A DNA stretch of 64,000 nucleotides from Octopus bimaculoides (lineage: Eukaryota). Made by a program: the position numbers and the translations under genes. Positions 12,140 to 24,178 of the stretch are shown piece after piece; position 1 is the first letter of the stretch, and each line of letters starts with the position of its first letter. The notes under the pieces were generated by a model that worked only from the letters and a program-made list of their open reading frames with translations, had not been told where the DNA came from and made no database searches. Where the stretch lies: contig NC_068984.1 in the NCBI RefSeq assembly GCF_001194135.2, forward strand, positions 4,606,789 to 4,670,788. Reading direction: 5' to 3'.

Positions 12140-12350
12140 TAGATGCCGAGGATTTAAGAAAATATGAAAGCAATGAAGAGAACATGTTTCACTGGATGTG
12201 TGTGAAGTAAAAATGATTGTGGGGTGCTCTAAGTGATTGAAGAAAAACTCTGGGAAGACATGTGATGAGGCATTGAAGACTGATCTCATGATGCTGAACT
12301 TCACAGAAAAGATGATGGTAGCTGAGATGCTTTCACAGAAACCATCTCTG
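12140..12350 (+). mobile_element. RTE LINE C-terminal relic
   Basis: Resembles the (GRP)RKTWDEVVKxDLxxLNLTE terminus (gggaagacatgtgatgaggcattgaagactgatctcatgatgctgaacttcacag). Confidence 0.5.
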
Positions 12351-13663
12351 CCTTCCCAGTCCCCTCCTCTGCTCCTACAGTTCATTGATTAACCTTCTTT
12401 TCACAGCTTCTCTCTCCTCAACACTCCTCTTTCCCTCTCATCACATGCCCCACCATCAACTACCTTGGAATCCAATGAGTTGGAGGAGCGAGTCATTCCA
12501 GTACCTACTTCAGCATGGTGGTTTCTACAGCTGGATACCTTTCCTAACACCAACCCATTTTCAAAGTGAAGTGGGTGTCACTTTTGTGCTACCGGCGCTA
12601 GTGAAGATTGCCTCATAACTTGCAAGACTAAAATCTCTAAAGTGACTTCCATAGGGTGATGGAGAAGCAAATTAAATGAAACAGATTTATAGTTGTGAGA
12701 GAATGGTGGTAGGAGAGGAGGCTAGTAGTAGTAGTTGGGAAGTGTGAAGACACGTGGCTTAGTGGTTAGTATATTTGGATCATAGTCATAAGTTCATAGG
12801 TTCAATTCCTGGCAGCATGTTATGGCCTTGAGCAAGAGACTTTATTTCCTGTTGCTCTAGTTTACTCACCTGGCAAAAATGAGGAGTACTTGTATATGAA
12901 AGGACCAACCTTGTCACATTCTGTCTGTCACTGAAATGCATGTTTGTGGAACGCTCAGCCACTTGCATGTTAATTTCACGAGCTGGCTGTTCTATTGATC
13001 GGATCAACTGGAACACTCATCATTGTAACTAATGGAGCACCATTTGATGGGGGAGGGGTATAGCAAGGAACAGGAGAAAGGGAAGGGATTAGTGAGAGGG
13101 ATTATTGAGAGGGATTATTGAGAAAAGTGGATGGGATGGGTTGTGTGGGAAGGAGTCTAGAGCTATCTTCTAGGAGACATGGAAGGGAGCAGTAGATTAG
13201 GGTGGAGAGAAATCCTGAGTGAATTAGTGAAGGAAAGCATTGGGGGGGGGGCGCAGATGAAGAAGAGTGTTGAGGAGGCAGGGGTGTAGGTGGGAGAAAT
13301 CAAATTAATTGAATTTTAGATTGAAATATTGACAATATTTTCATCTCCAAAGAAGAAATTATTAAATTAAAAAATTATAATCTTAGAAAATGTATTTATT
13401 GAAATGATATTTTGTGAAAATTTGTGATTTTCACTTTCATTATCTATATTTGATGAAAGTTGTTTGGGCAGAGATAGGCACAGGTGGGGGAAGGGTCTGG
13501 TTAAGAAGCTTGCTTTCCAATAATGTGGGTTTGGGTTAAGTGCCACTGTATGGCACGATGACCCCAGGCTGGCCAAAGGCTTGTGAGGGCATTTGGTTGA
13601 TGGAAACTGAAAGAAGCCCGTCATATACGTAGATATGGAATTGACATGTGTCCATATGTATGT

Positions 13664-13865
13664 ATAATTGAAAAGATTGGAGTCAACAAGGAGTACAGTT
13701 GGACATTTATTTTTTTAATCCCTACAATTGTTTCCACACAACTTAGTCCTCCAGGTGTGCAGGTACCTGATTATGCAACTGTTGCTCTGCAGGTTAACAG
13801 TTGCATAATTAAATAATAAATGTCCAACCGTCCTCCTCCTTGTTGACTCCAGTCTTTTTAATTAT
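13664..13865. mobile_element. Foldback/MITE-like element with long TIRs and an internal hairpin
   Basis: ~55-bp imperfect inverted arms (ataattgaaaagattggagtcaacaaggag...ggacatttatt and aataaatgtcc...ctccttgttgactccagtctttttaattat). Inner perfect 14-bp stem at 13770-13783 / 13796-13809. Confidence 0.7.
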
Positions 13866-15243
13866 CAATTCACACACGACAGATGCCCAAACGGAAACCT
13901 GGAATTCCGTATAATCCTACTACTGGTTAGCACAGGGTAAACCTGAAGGTGGACGAGCTTTATACTGTACTCTACTACGTTCTTAACAGAATTGGAGACC
14001 CCGCCTTCAGTCATGAATGACCATGGGGATTGCACATAGAAAGTTACCCTCCGAGGCACAAGTCCTGGCAAGGTTGTTTATGGAAGACCAGCAGTCTCCC
14101 ATGCATACCGGCCTCCCCTCTCCACGCCACCAGTGTTATCCAAGGGAAAGGCAAAAGGACCAATACAGCTCGGCACCAGTAATGTCGCAACTCATTTCTA
14201 CAGCTGAGTGAACTGGAGCAACGCGAAATAAAGTGTCTTGCTCAAGAACACAACACACAGCCCGGTCCGGGATTCGAATTCACAACTTCATGGTCATAAG
14301 TTCGACACTCTAACCACTGAGCCATGCGCCTTCACTTTAACAGAATATACCATAACTATATATGTGTGTGTGTGTGTGTACATACATACATGTATGTGTG
14401 TGTGTGTTTGTTTACACATGCCTCTGTCTTGACATCATATAATGGTTTTGCCATGAAAAATATGTTCATTCATGGGGAAATATTATGTTGCTTGGAAACA
14501 GCTGAGAGTTAGTGACAGGAAAGGCATTCAGCTGTAAAAGAATTTGTCTCAACAAATTCCATCCATGCCAGGCAAGCATGAAAAAGTAGACATTAAGACA
14601 ATGGTGATCATGATGATGATCTTTTGAGCTTTGGTTTTGGAGGTTTGCTATAAACCTGCTTAGTACACTTCCAACCAACTTAAAATTAATATTTGGACAA
14701 ATCATCTCTAATTACATTTTGGTCTTAATGAAGCTTTTATCTATAATGTTTATTTTTTTTTAAATGTCTAAAACAAAATACATGCTGTAGAAAAACATTT
14801 TTATACACATTCTTTTAAAAAAGGCGTGGCTGTATGGTAAAAGGTTTGCTTCCCAACCTCATGGTTCCAGGTTCAGTCCTGTTGCATGGCACCTTGGGCA
14901 AGTGTCTTCTACTATAACCTGATCAAAGCTTTGCGAGTGGATTTGGTAGATGGAAACTAAAAGAAGCCCATCATGTGCATGTGTGTGTGTTGGTGTGTTT
15001 ACATCCCCATAACTTAGTGGTTGAGCAAAAGAGACCAACAGAATACACATCAGGCTTTAAAAGGAATAAGTATTGGGGTTGATCCATTTGACTAAAAAAA
15101 AGATAATTGTTCATAGGTGCAGGAGTGACTGTGTGCGAAGTAACTTGCTTACCAACCACATGGTTCCGGGTTCTTCTACTATAGCCTCGGACCGACCAAA
15201 GCCTTGTGAGTGGATTTGGTAGATGGAAACTGAAAGAAGCCCG

Positions 15244-15295
<52 letters not shown>

Positions 15296-18200
15296 GTTTG
15301 TGTGTCTGTGTTTGACCCCCACCATCGTTTGACAACCGATGTTGGTGTGTTTATGTCCCCGTAATGTAGCGTTTCTGTGGAAGAGACTAATAGAATAAGT
15401 ACTAGGCTTACAAACAATAAGTCCTGGGGTCGATCTATTCAACTAAAGGTTGTGCTCCAGCATGGCCTCAGTCAAATGACTGAAACAAGTAAAAGAATAA
15501 AAGAAAAAGGGCTGTTCCCCACCATGACAGGAGTCTAATGACCAAAGCAAGTAAAAAACAAAAGTTATACAAAATAATTCAGGCAGAAACTTGTCAGACA
15601 ATTCAATGTGCTTCTCGTAAAACTCTTTTAGTAGACTCTGCCAAATTCTTGTCTCACTTCCTTTATTGCTGCCAAGTCTTATAATCAAAGCATAAATTTC
15701 CATAGTTTGGTAATCTTGTTACTGCAACGAAAAACAAGAGAAGCTGTCACAAATCTTTCATGTAAAAAGCACTGATGCTGGTACCATGTAAAAAGCACCC
15801 CCAGAACACTCTCTGAAGTGGTTGGCATTAGGAAGGGCATCCAGCTGTAGAAACAGACAATGAAACCTGGTATGGCTCCTGGCTTTACCAGCTCCTATCA
15901 AACCGTCCAACCCATGCCAGCATGGAAAATGGATGTTAAATGAGGAAGATTCTGTTTTTATGAGTTCATTACCATAGAAATCTGCCTGCTGCAATAATGA
16001 ATATTTTAAAAAGCAGTCTAAGACTTAATTCTCTCTCTTTTTCCCTCTTTCTCTTCCCTATCTCTGTCTGTCTCTTTCTTTCTCCCACCCTCCCTTTCTC
16101 CCCTCTCCCTCTCTATCTTATACATACATTTATGCATATTTCTAGAGACTCACTCCAGCTCTCTCTTTGCAATGCTAGACAGGATTATAATTTGCTTCAA
16201 AATAAATTACTTTTTTTTATCGTCCATCAAATAAAAATGACTAAAACTAATTAATAGTCACAACTCACTCATTCAACTGCTGCTCAGTCTCCTTAATCAT
16301 CTTAATCTTCATCAAAATCCTGGATATGATCTGAGTTTAGCCAATCTAAATATATCCCTTTTGTCAACCTTGATCTCAGACTTAACATGGATGTTGCATC
16401 AGGCACACAGAACACTGTGTCATTTAGTTTGGGGGGATCTTTCCTAAGGACCCCTGTGTCAATTTGGAGATCAAGATTGTCTTTTGGTATTAATACTGCT
16501 CCTCTTGGCTTTCTCGTTTCAGTCATTGGACTGTGGCTATCCTGGAGTTTTAGTTAAATAAATCACCCCCACCAATATTTTTTTTTTAAGTCTGGTATTT
16601 ATTCTATCAATCACTTTTACCAAAATGTTAAGTTACGGGAATGTAAACAAACCAACACTAGTTGTCAAGCAGTGTGAGGAACAAACACACACACAAAGAT
16701 AGATACATGATGGGCTTCCACACAGTTTCCACCTACCAAATTCACTCACTTGGCAGCTTCGGAGAGAGCCTTTGCATGCTTGGTCAGTCATCTAGAAATC
16801 AATCAAATATCACCCTACTATCTTAGAAAGGGAAGGGCATATTGCATAATGCTGTCCTACACAAAATCCCCCCCCCCCAAAAAAAAAGAATACATTAAAA
16901 CAAGCAAAAAACATTCATTACAAGTGGAGCATTTTTGATCCTAGGATTGTTTGATCAGGTCTGACCCCCCCCCCCCAANNNNNNNNNNNNNNNNNNNNNN
17001 NNNNNNNNNNNNNNNNNNNNNNNNNNNNNNNNNNNNNNNNNNNNNNNNGGCTAAATAACAACTGTGATCATTCTGAAGTAGGATTGGAGTTAGTTTTTGT
17101 TAGTGACAAACTGGAGCAGATAGAGTTATCTACCTTGCTCATGTGTCCAACATGAAGAGGTTCTTGTAACAACTACCAGCTTCACTTCTCTGCCATTGTG
17201 CCTCCTACTGTGGGTGGAGAAAAATTCAAATAGCCTTCATTGAAATATAAATTCCAAGCATATTTGTCAAAGATTGTTTTGCCAACAGCAAATTTGAAGT
17301 GTAAGTTAAGTGCAACTGCACTTAATGTGGATGAAGGAATCTTTCTAAAATGTTATCTAACTGGTTACCAATTCTATTGAAATTAAAACCTGAAATGTGT
17401 GAAATATAATTCTATCATTACATATTATATGAAGATATACTATTACACACACACACACACTCTTGTAACTTGCTTAATTGCACATAATCCTTCTTTCTCT
17501 CTCTCTCTCCTCCCTCCTGTCTATTGCATCATCATTCCTATTCTACTGCTCCTCACCTTCCATGCATCATTGGTTACCCCCACCCCTTACCTGACCTTCA
17601 CTACATCTACCCTTTAACCCCAGTCTCTACAGTTGTCACCTACTCTTCCCTACATCCCCCTCTTATCCCTTAACACTTGTTCTTCAGTTTTTATATTTAC
17701 CCCTCTCCCTCATTCTCCATCTCTCATTCTACCCACCCACATCCCCAATTCTTCTGTCCCCTCTCACTTCTGGTCTCCTTGTACCTTGAACATCCACCTA
17801 AACACCTCATCACCACTATTTTTATCCCTCTTCAGCTTCACCCCAAAACTCTCTTCTAAAATGGAATTACCCATATAGCTATGTTCTGCATTGGCCCCCT
17901 TTGCTCATATTGTAAGCCCTCATCTCCTAGCATGAAACTCATCTCTGTTGGGGTTTAGAGTCTTATAAGCTGCATGAAGAACACACCCAGTCCACACTCT
18001 GTAAAGTGGTTGGTGTTAAGAAGGGCCATCCAGCCATAGAAACCATGCCAAAGCAGACCCTGGAGCACGATGCAGTCCCTGGACATGTTGAGTCTTGTGA
18101 AAATGTTCAACCCATGCCAGTGGCACAAGGGCTAGTCCGGCAGTATGTGGCCGTTGCCAGTACCTCTGGACTGGCCCTCGTGTCGGTGGCACATAAAAGC

Positions 18201-20064
18201 ACCCACTACACTCTTGGAGTGGAAGGGCATCCAGCTGTAGAAACTCTGCCAGATCAGATTGGAGCCTGGTGTAGCCATCTGGTTCGCCAGTCCTCAGTCA
18301 AATCGTCCAACCCATGCTAGCATGGAAAACGGACGTTAAATGATGATGATGATGATGATATTAGTCTGTATGGAAAAGCAAGCATAAGTTTGGTAATATT
18401 GATAATAGTTTAATATTTTCTAATCTTTAACACCTGTTTCATGCCAGAACCATGTAATGTGTCACTCTTAGCTACTTTTAACAACAAAACCTCTACATTT
18501 ATTTCCCCCTTCCCCCTCCCCACACCACCACCTCAGTTTTTTACCTTTTTTTTTTTACTATTCTCAAGAAGAGAATGTAGAACATTTTGGGTTCTATTCA
18601 ATTTCTTCTCCCGTATCAATAACTCTGAGAGATCTTTGATTTTCTTCAAAGTTACTATTTACTTCTGCCTGCTGGTTATAACTATTGATTTTTTTTAACA
18701 CTCTATGATAGGAGAAATGGTAATTCTGTTTGATTTCTCCATCATTTTAAATCAATTTTAAACTCGATATGTCACTTTGGTTAGGTGTATATCAATTTTT
18801 TTCATGTTTAAAACGAGATGTGCAAATTCAGAAATTATTTACACGTCCAAGTTAAAACTTCTCTTAATAAAGGGTTGTGTTCTCAAGCAATTTATCAATA
18901 ATTAGTAACCTCAAAACTATGCTGTTTCCCATGGATTGCATTGTTCAACAAGGAACTGGGAAAGTAGAGGACCGCACCAAGTTGCAATGCCTGTCTTAGC
19001 ATGGTTCCCACGGCTGGATGTCCTTCCTATGCCAATCACTTTACAGCGCATACTGGGTGCATTTTTCATGGCACAAGTAAGGTCACTAAGTAACTTGCAA
19101 GATAAGACCCTTCCTCCATTGAGTGGTGGGTGGAGGCTTAAGGAAGGGGTCTTTATGCCAGGTGATGAGAGATTGAAGTGTGACAGAGGGACAGGAACAG
19201 GTGTTTTGCTGCAGAAGGGATACATGGCTACCCTTTTTTAATTTCTTGTTTATCCTTTTTGATTTTGTTGTGCTTGAAAAGACCCATCAAGCCAATTAAA
19301 ATTGCAGTCATGGCAGATATCAGTGTCACGCAAATGGCACCAATGCCAGTGGCACATAAAAGCACCCATTACACTCTAAGAGTGGTTGGTGTTAGGAAGG
19401 GCATCCAGCCATAGAAAACCATGCAAATCAGACTGGAGTGTGGTGCAGCCTTCCAGCTTACCAGCCCTGGTCAAACCATCCAACCCATGCCAGCATGGAC
19501 AACGGACACTAAATGATGATGATGATGATGAATGTCTCAATTTATGAGTGACTGAGTACTCCACAGACACACATACCCTGTATCATACTGATTCTCATTT
19601 AGAATTAGTGTGATACATTCTGACAAGACCAGGCTTTTGAATTACAAGCGCAACCTATTAGACAGGCTTCCACACTTTGGGATTGAGCCAAGAGCCCTAG
19701 GACCATAAAGCAAGCATTGTATCAAATGGCCATACTTGCAATATGCATGTGTCTTCAAGAAGACACCTGCTTCTCTGTCGCCATCATAATTGCCTTCTCC
19801 TCCAGTTTATTCCTCACTCAGTTGAAGAGGTTTATCTTGTGGGTACTTGGCAACCTCTCAGCTGCTGGTACCACGTAAAAAGCACCCAGGTGGTTGTTTT
19901 TTTTGGTTTTTTTTGGTCAGTTATTTTTAGCGTTTTGACAGAAAAAAGTCATTCTAAAATTCTTTTTTAACATAAGTGTGCCCAAACAAGTTGAATGCTT
20001 ACACAGAACAAGTTTTACAGCCACATCATCCAAACCAACTAGGTGAAACCGGGCTTAGCTGCTA

Positions 20065-20108
<44 letters not shown>

Positions 20109-20462
20109 AAGGCATAAATAATGGTCTTAATACATTTATTTGTGCATTATAGACATACAACTGTTTCTGATATGCTTTCTGAGTGCATTCATGGTTCAAT
20201 TTCCACAATCAATCAATTGAAAATATAGAGAATCTCATTAAAATGCTATCATTGTCAGAGTTCAACACACCGTGTATGTATGTATGTATGTATGTATGCA
20301 TGTATGCATGTATGTATGCATGTATGCATGTATGTATGTATGTATTTATGTCCAACCCATGCCAGCAGTTCAACTCCTGCTAGCATGGAAAATGGACATT
20401 CGATGATGATGATGATGATGATGATGATGACATATTATACATGTATTTTCTTTCTGTTTCAG

Positions 20463-20489
20463 ATAACGAAAGTTGAAACGTTATCCTAG
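20463..20489 (+). CDS. BRK1: BRK1 coding exon 3 (terminal, ITKVETLS-stop)
   Basis: ttttctttctgtttcAG acceptor, then ATA ACG AAA GTT GAA ACG TTA TCC TAG; compare the vertebrate C-terminus VTKGETLT. Spliced CDS is 121+83+27=231 nt, i.e. 76 aa plus stop. Confidence 0.9.
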   Translation: MTKVETLS

Positions 20490-20781
20490 CATTAACTTAT
20501 TTTGTTATTTGTGTGTGTACATTGTTCTGGATGATTCTCAACAGTTGCTCTACTGTGAAGAAACCTGAAGAAAACCTCTGCTGGAAATGGTTGTTCTGGC
20601 AAGAGTCGTTGATGGAAGGAACAGTCCCAACATGCAAAACTCTCTCCCCCCGACCCGTTGTTTTCATGCTTTTGAATCGGCTTAGTGTTGAGACTTCACT
20701 CTGTTTTGAGTACTATGGTGACCTGTTGCCATTATATAAGTACTCTTCGTTTTCATAGGATAATTATTAATATTCAGGAGA

Positions 20782-20847
20782 AATAAACTGTTTTAAAAAA
20801 AGTTATGTCATTTTGTTATTGGTTTCTTCATATCTTTTATGAATAAA
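20782..20847 (+). terminator. Candidate BRK1 polyadenylation signals (AATAAA at 20782-20787 and 20842-20847)
   Basis: Two AATAAA hexamers ~300-350 nt after the stop codon, followed by T/GT-rich sequence. The site actually used is unknown. Confidence 0.45.
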
Positions 20848-21414
20848 TTTACTACATTATTGAAAAAATGTTCAGATTTATTTTGTACATTCTTATTGGA
20901 CTCAACATTTTAGAGTTAATCTTAACACATTGAGTGCCAAGGGGAAATGTGTAAATTGGTCCCATGTGCCACACGTGGTTTTTTCAAATTCATATAGTAT
21001 TTCAGTTGTATACAAAAGCTGTATACATGAGAAAACATGTATACAATATATATATATACATGTGGCACATTTGTAAAGTGCCGTGTATACTTATATTGTA
21101 TACATGGCATTCATTGTGTTAAACATGTCCTCTTCCCTAGATATGTCTTTTTCTCCTTACCAAAATAAATTTACAAGGGAGCTTAAATTTCAAATTGTAA
21201 CTGTTAATATTTTTCAATCGAGGTTGACTTTTCCTTTCATCCTTTTGGCCTCAATAAAATAATCACCAGTTGAGCAATGGGGTCGATGTATTCAACTTAC
21301 CCCATCCACTAAACTTGCAGGCCTTGTGCCAAAATTTGAAATCAACATTTTTACATTTCAGCAAAAAAAGAAAGAAGGTGCAGGCATGACTGTATGGTAA
21401 GTAGCTTGCAATTT

Positions 21415-21560
21415 TGAACCTGGGTTCGAAATTTCCCCAAGACACCTGATGAAGGCTGGAGGGTATATCAGCCAAAACGTGTTAACAACAAACAAGATGA
21501 GGAGAAATATCCGTCAAATGTAAATAATGTACATAATTCCTCATCTCTTAAATATAGAAC
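21415..21560 (+). mobile_element. Hammerhead-like tail of the same family (copy 2), fused behind a truncated head of another SINE
   Basis: gacac-CTGATGA(21446)-A-GGCTGG..TCAGCC-AAAA-C-GTGTT; G12 is mutated to A. Confidence 0.55.
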
Positions 21561-22565
21561 TGTATGATGATTACATAATGCACTTTATATATTTTATGCA
21601 CATTTTATAGACTTAATACCGAGCACTCATAAATATTCACTCTTATTTTTCCATTTTCCCCATATAAAAAAAAATTACCCCATACATATGATAAAACCTT
21701 CAGTTAAATTGCATATGTCTACCACGTAAATAAGTGTGAATATTTCATGGAATTGCACTTATGCACATGTATTAAGTGATAGGTGATGCAAAAGACTTAG
21801 TTCAATTAAAAACAAAATACACTTTTTACTATCCAACCACCACCACCACCACCATCATCATCATCATCTCTTTTCTGCCTTTCTTGAACCTCACCATCAG
21901 AACATCACCCCTCTGCTAAAATTATATTTTTAACTCCTCTACATCATCACTACATTCAACTAACTTTTTTAACCCCATAATAGATATTACATTTCCCCTA
22001 CCTCACGTCATGGACGCTTCTATCTCACTCTTTGCCTTATCCTTTTTTTCTCCTTTTTCTTTCTCCTCTCTTTCGCTTCAGCTAATCACATGAAAGCATT
22101 ACAATTACATTCCCTCCACCTCACACTATGGACGCTTCTCACTCCCTCTTTTTCTCTCTTCTTTTCTTTCTGCCTCACTCTTCACCTTATCTGCTTTTTC
22201 TCTCCCCCTCTTTTTCTCTAATCATACGAAGGCATTACCTACAGGCTAAGTAACAGAATGACAAGAATAATTATAAATTACTTACCTAACTGTAAGGACT
22301 AAGGGAAATAATGAAGTGGCTGAAAGAATTTATATATTGTTTATGAATTGCAAGTTTCCTGCTGACAACCAAGTGCTGTGACAAGACACTTGACTTGTTT
22401 CACAGGAAAACTGGAGAATTCAATGAAATAGTAATTGTAAAAAGTAATCCTAAAAGTTCAAAAACTGGAATGGCTTTTATGCCATAAAGAAGAAGAGCAG
22501 TCTGACAGTTTGGGCTGAATATTCTCTTGGAGAAGCATGGAATGTTTATCCTTGTTGCTAATTAA

Positions 22566-22777
22566 CCCTTTCATTACTGTATTTCTTTTGTGTTTCTTTC
22601 AATTAATTTTAAATATAACAAAGAATTTAGTAAAATAACTTAGTTATCATTCAGCTAGTGTTAGGAACATGAATTGTGACTAAGGTTTGGTGGAAGATTT
22701 TAATTCAAAACTTATGAAAACAGGACATTTGTACTACAGAGCCAAAGGTGGTTTCAGCCGGGTTGGTATCGAAAGGG
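22566..22777. mobile_element. piggyBac-type MITE, copy 1
   Basis: TTAA-CCCTTTCATTAC ... GTATCGAAAGGG-TTAA; TTAA target site on both sides. Confidence 0.8.
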
Positions 22778-22874
22778 TTAAATAGTTTAGGGAGTTCTCT
22801 GCTCAGACAAAGAGTTAGATGTTGTATCAAGTACTGAATTGATTGATTAAACTTCTGTTGGTGTTGATCTAATG

Positions 22875-23129
22875 CAGTGGTTCTTAACCAATTTTTGCCT
22901 ATGGATCTCTTTTGATTGCCATTTTACTTGGATGGACCATCATAGACATTCGATGTTTAAAAAAAATCCCATAATATTTTTATAATTAGACATTATTAGG
23001 AATTGTATTAAAAAAACAGTGAAAATATGTGGTGTATTGTAGAAGTAGGACTGATTTATTGCACAAAGTTTTAACAGCAAAATTTTAGGTGGACCCCCTT
23101 CCCCACTCCAAGGGTTATATGGACCACTG
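22875..23129. mobile_element. hAT (Charlie-like) MITE relic
   Basis: Begins CAGTGGTTCTTAACC and ends ACCACTG; no clear 8-bp TSD. Confidence 0.45.
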
Positions 23130-23180
23130 GAACATTATGGACGTGTGTGGAAATGATCTCAATGGAATTAATACCATTAA

Positions 23181-23392
23181 CCCTTTTGTTACTGTATTTA
23201 TTTAGAGACGCTCTGTGTTTCTTTCAATTAATTTCAAATATAACAAAGAATTTAGTAAAATAACTTAGTTATCATTAAGCTAGTGTTAGGAACATTAATT
23301 GTAACTAACGTTTGGTGGAAGATTTTAATTCAGAACTTTTGAAAAGAGGATATTTGTATTACAGAACCATAGATGTATTGGTATCAAAAGGG
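23181..23392. mobile_element. piggyBac-type MITE, copy 2
   Basis: TTAA-CCCTTTTGTTAC ... GTATCAAAAGGG-TTAA; internally homologous to copy 1. Confidence 0.8.
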
Positions 23393-24137
23393 TTAAATGT
23401 AAATGTGACAAGGATTATAGAATTGGTGTGTGTGTGTGCAGTGGTAAGTCTTTGGTAAGTAATGTTTTATCAGAAGTAAATAAAGAGATACTCAGTGACT
23501 GTTTATATAATTGTGTGCATGTGTGTGTATATTGTGGCTGTGTGTGTGTTTGTAGTTTTTTTTTTTTTTCACTGTTTTAATGAAGAGGAAAAGTTGTGTC
23601 TATAACAGAACTTTAGAGACAGATTGGAATCATTAATCTGGAGACCTGACCCAAATACTTACAACAGAAAGGCCCACACTAAAGCCACCTGCCTAAGGTA
23701 GCAGGTTGTGGTGTGAAGCCCAGTGATGGATTAAGTGTGCCACTCAGGTAAGTCATACCAGGATTTGAACTCAGAACACAAAGAACTGGAACTGTAGAAG
23801 GACAATCTTGTTGAGACTTAAAAGTGTGTTTGTTAAGTTTAAGCTTTAATCATCCATGATTGACTAGACTCATGACTTATGACACTGAGGTCACCAATTG
23901 ATTGAAGAAGTTGATTAATGTATCAGCTACATTGACTACACAGCCATTGCTGTAGCAACTGTTAAACTCAGGCAGGTGATAACGGTGTCTTCATGTCACT
24001 AATCTTTTTTTTTTTTATTGTCATGGTCTTCCCCCCCTCCCCCACACTCTTGTGGAACATCCTCCACCCCCTCTGTCCTACTTATATTTCTCCCACTGTT
24101 CCCTGTAGATAGTTACCAATACATTTCCACCATTATC

Positions 24138-24178
<41 letters not shown>

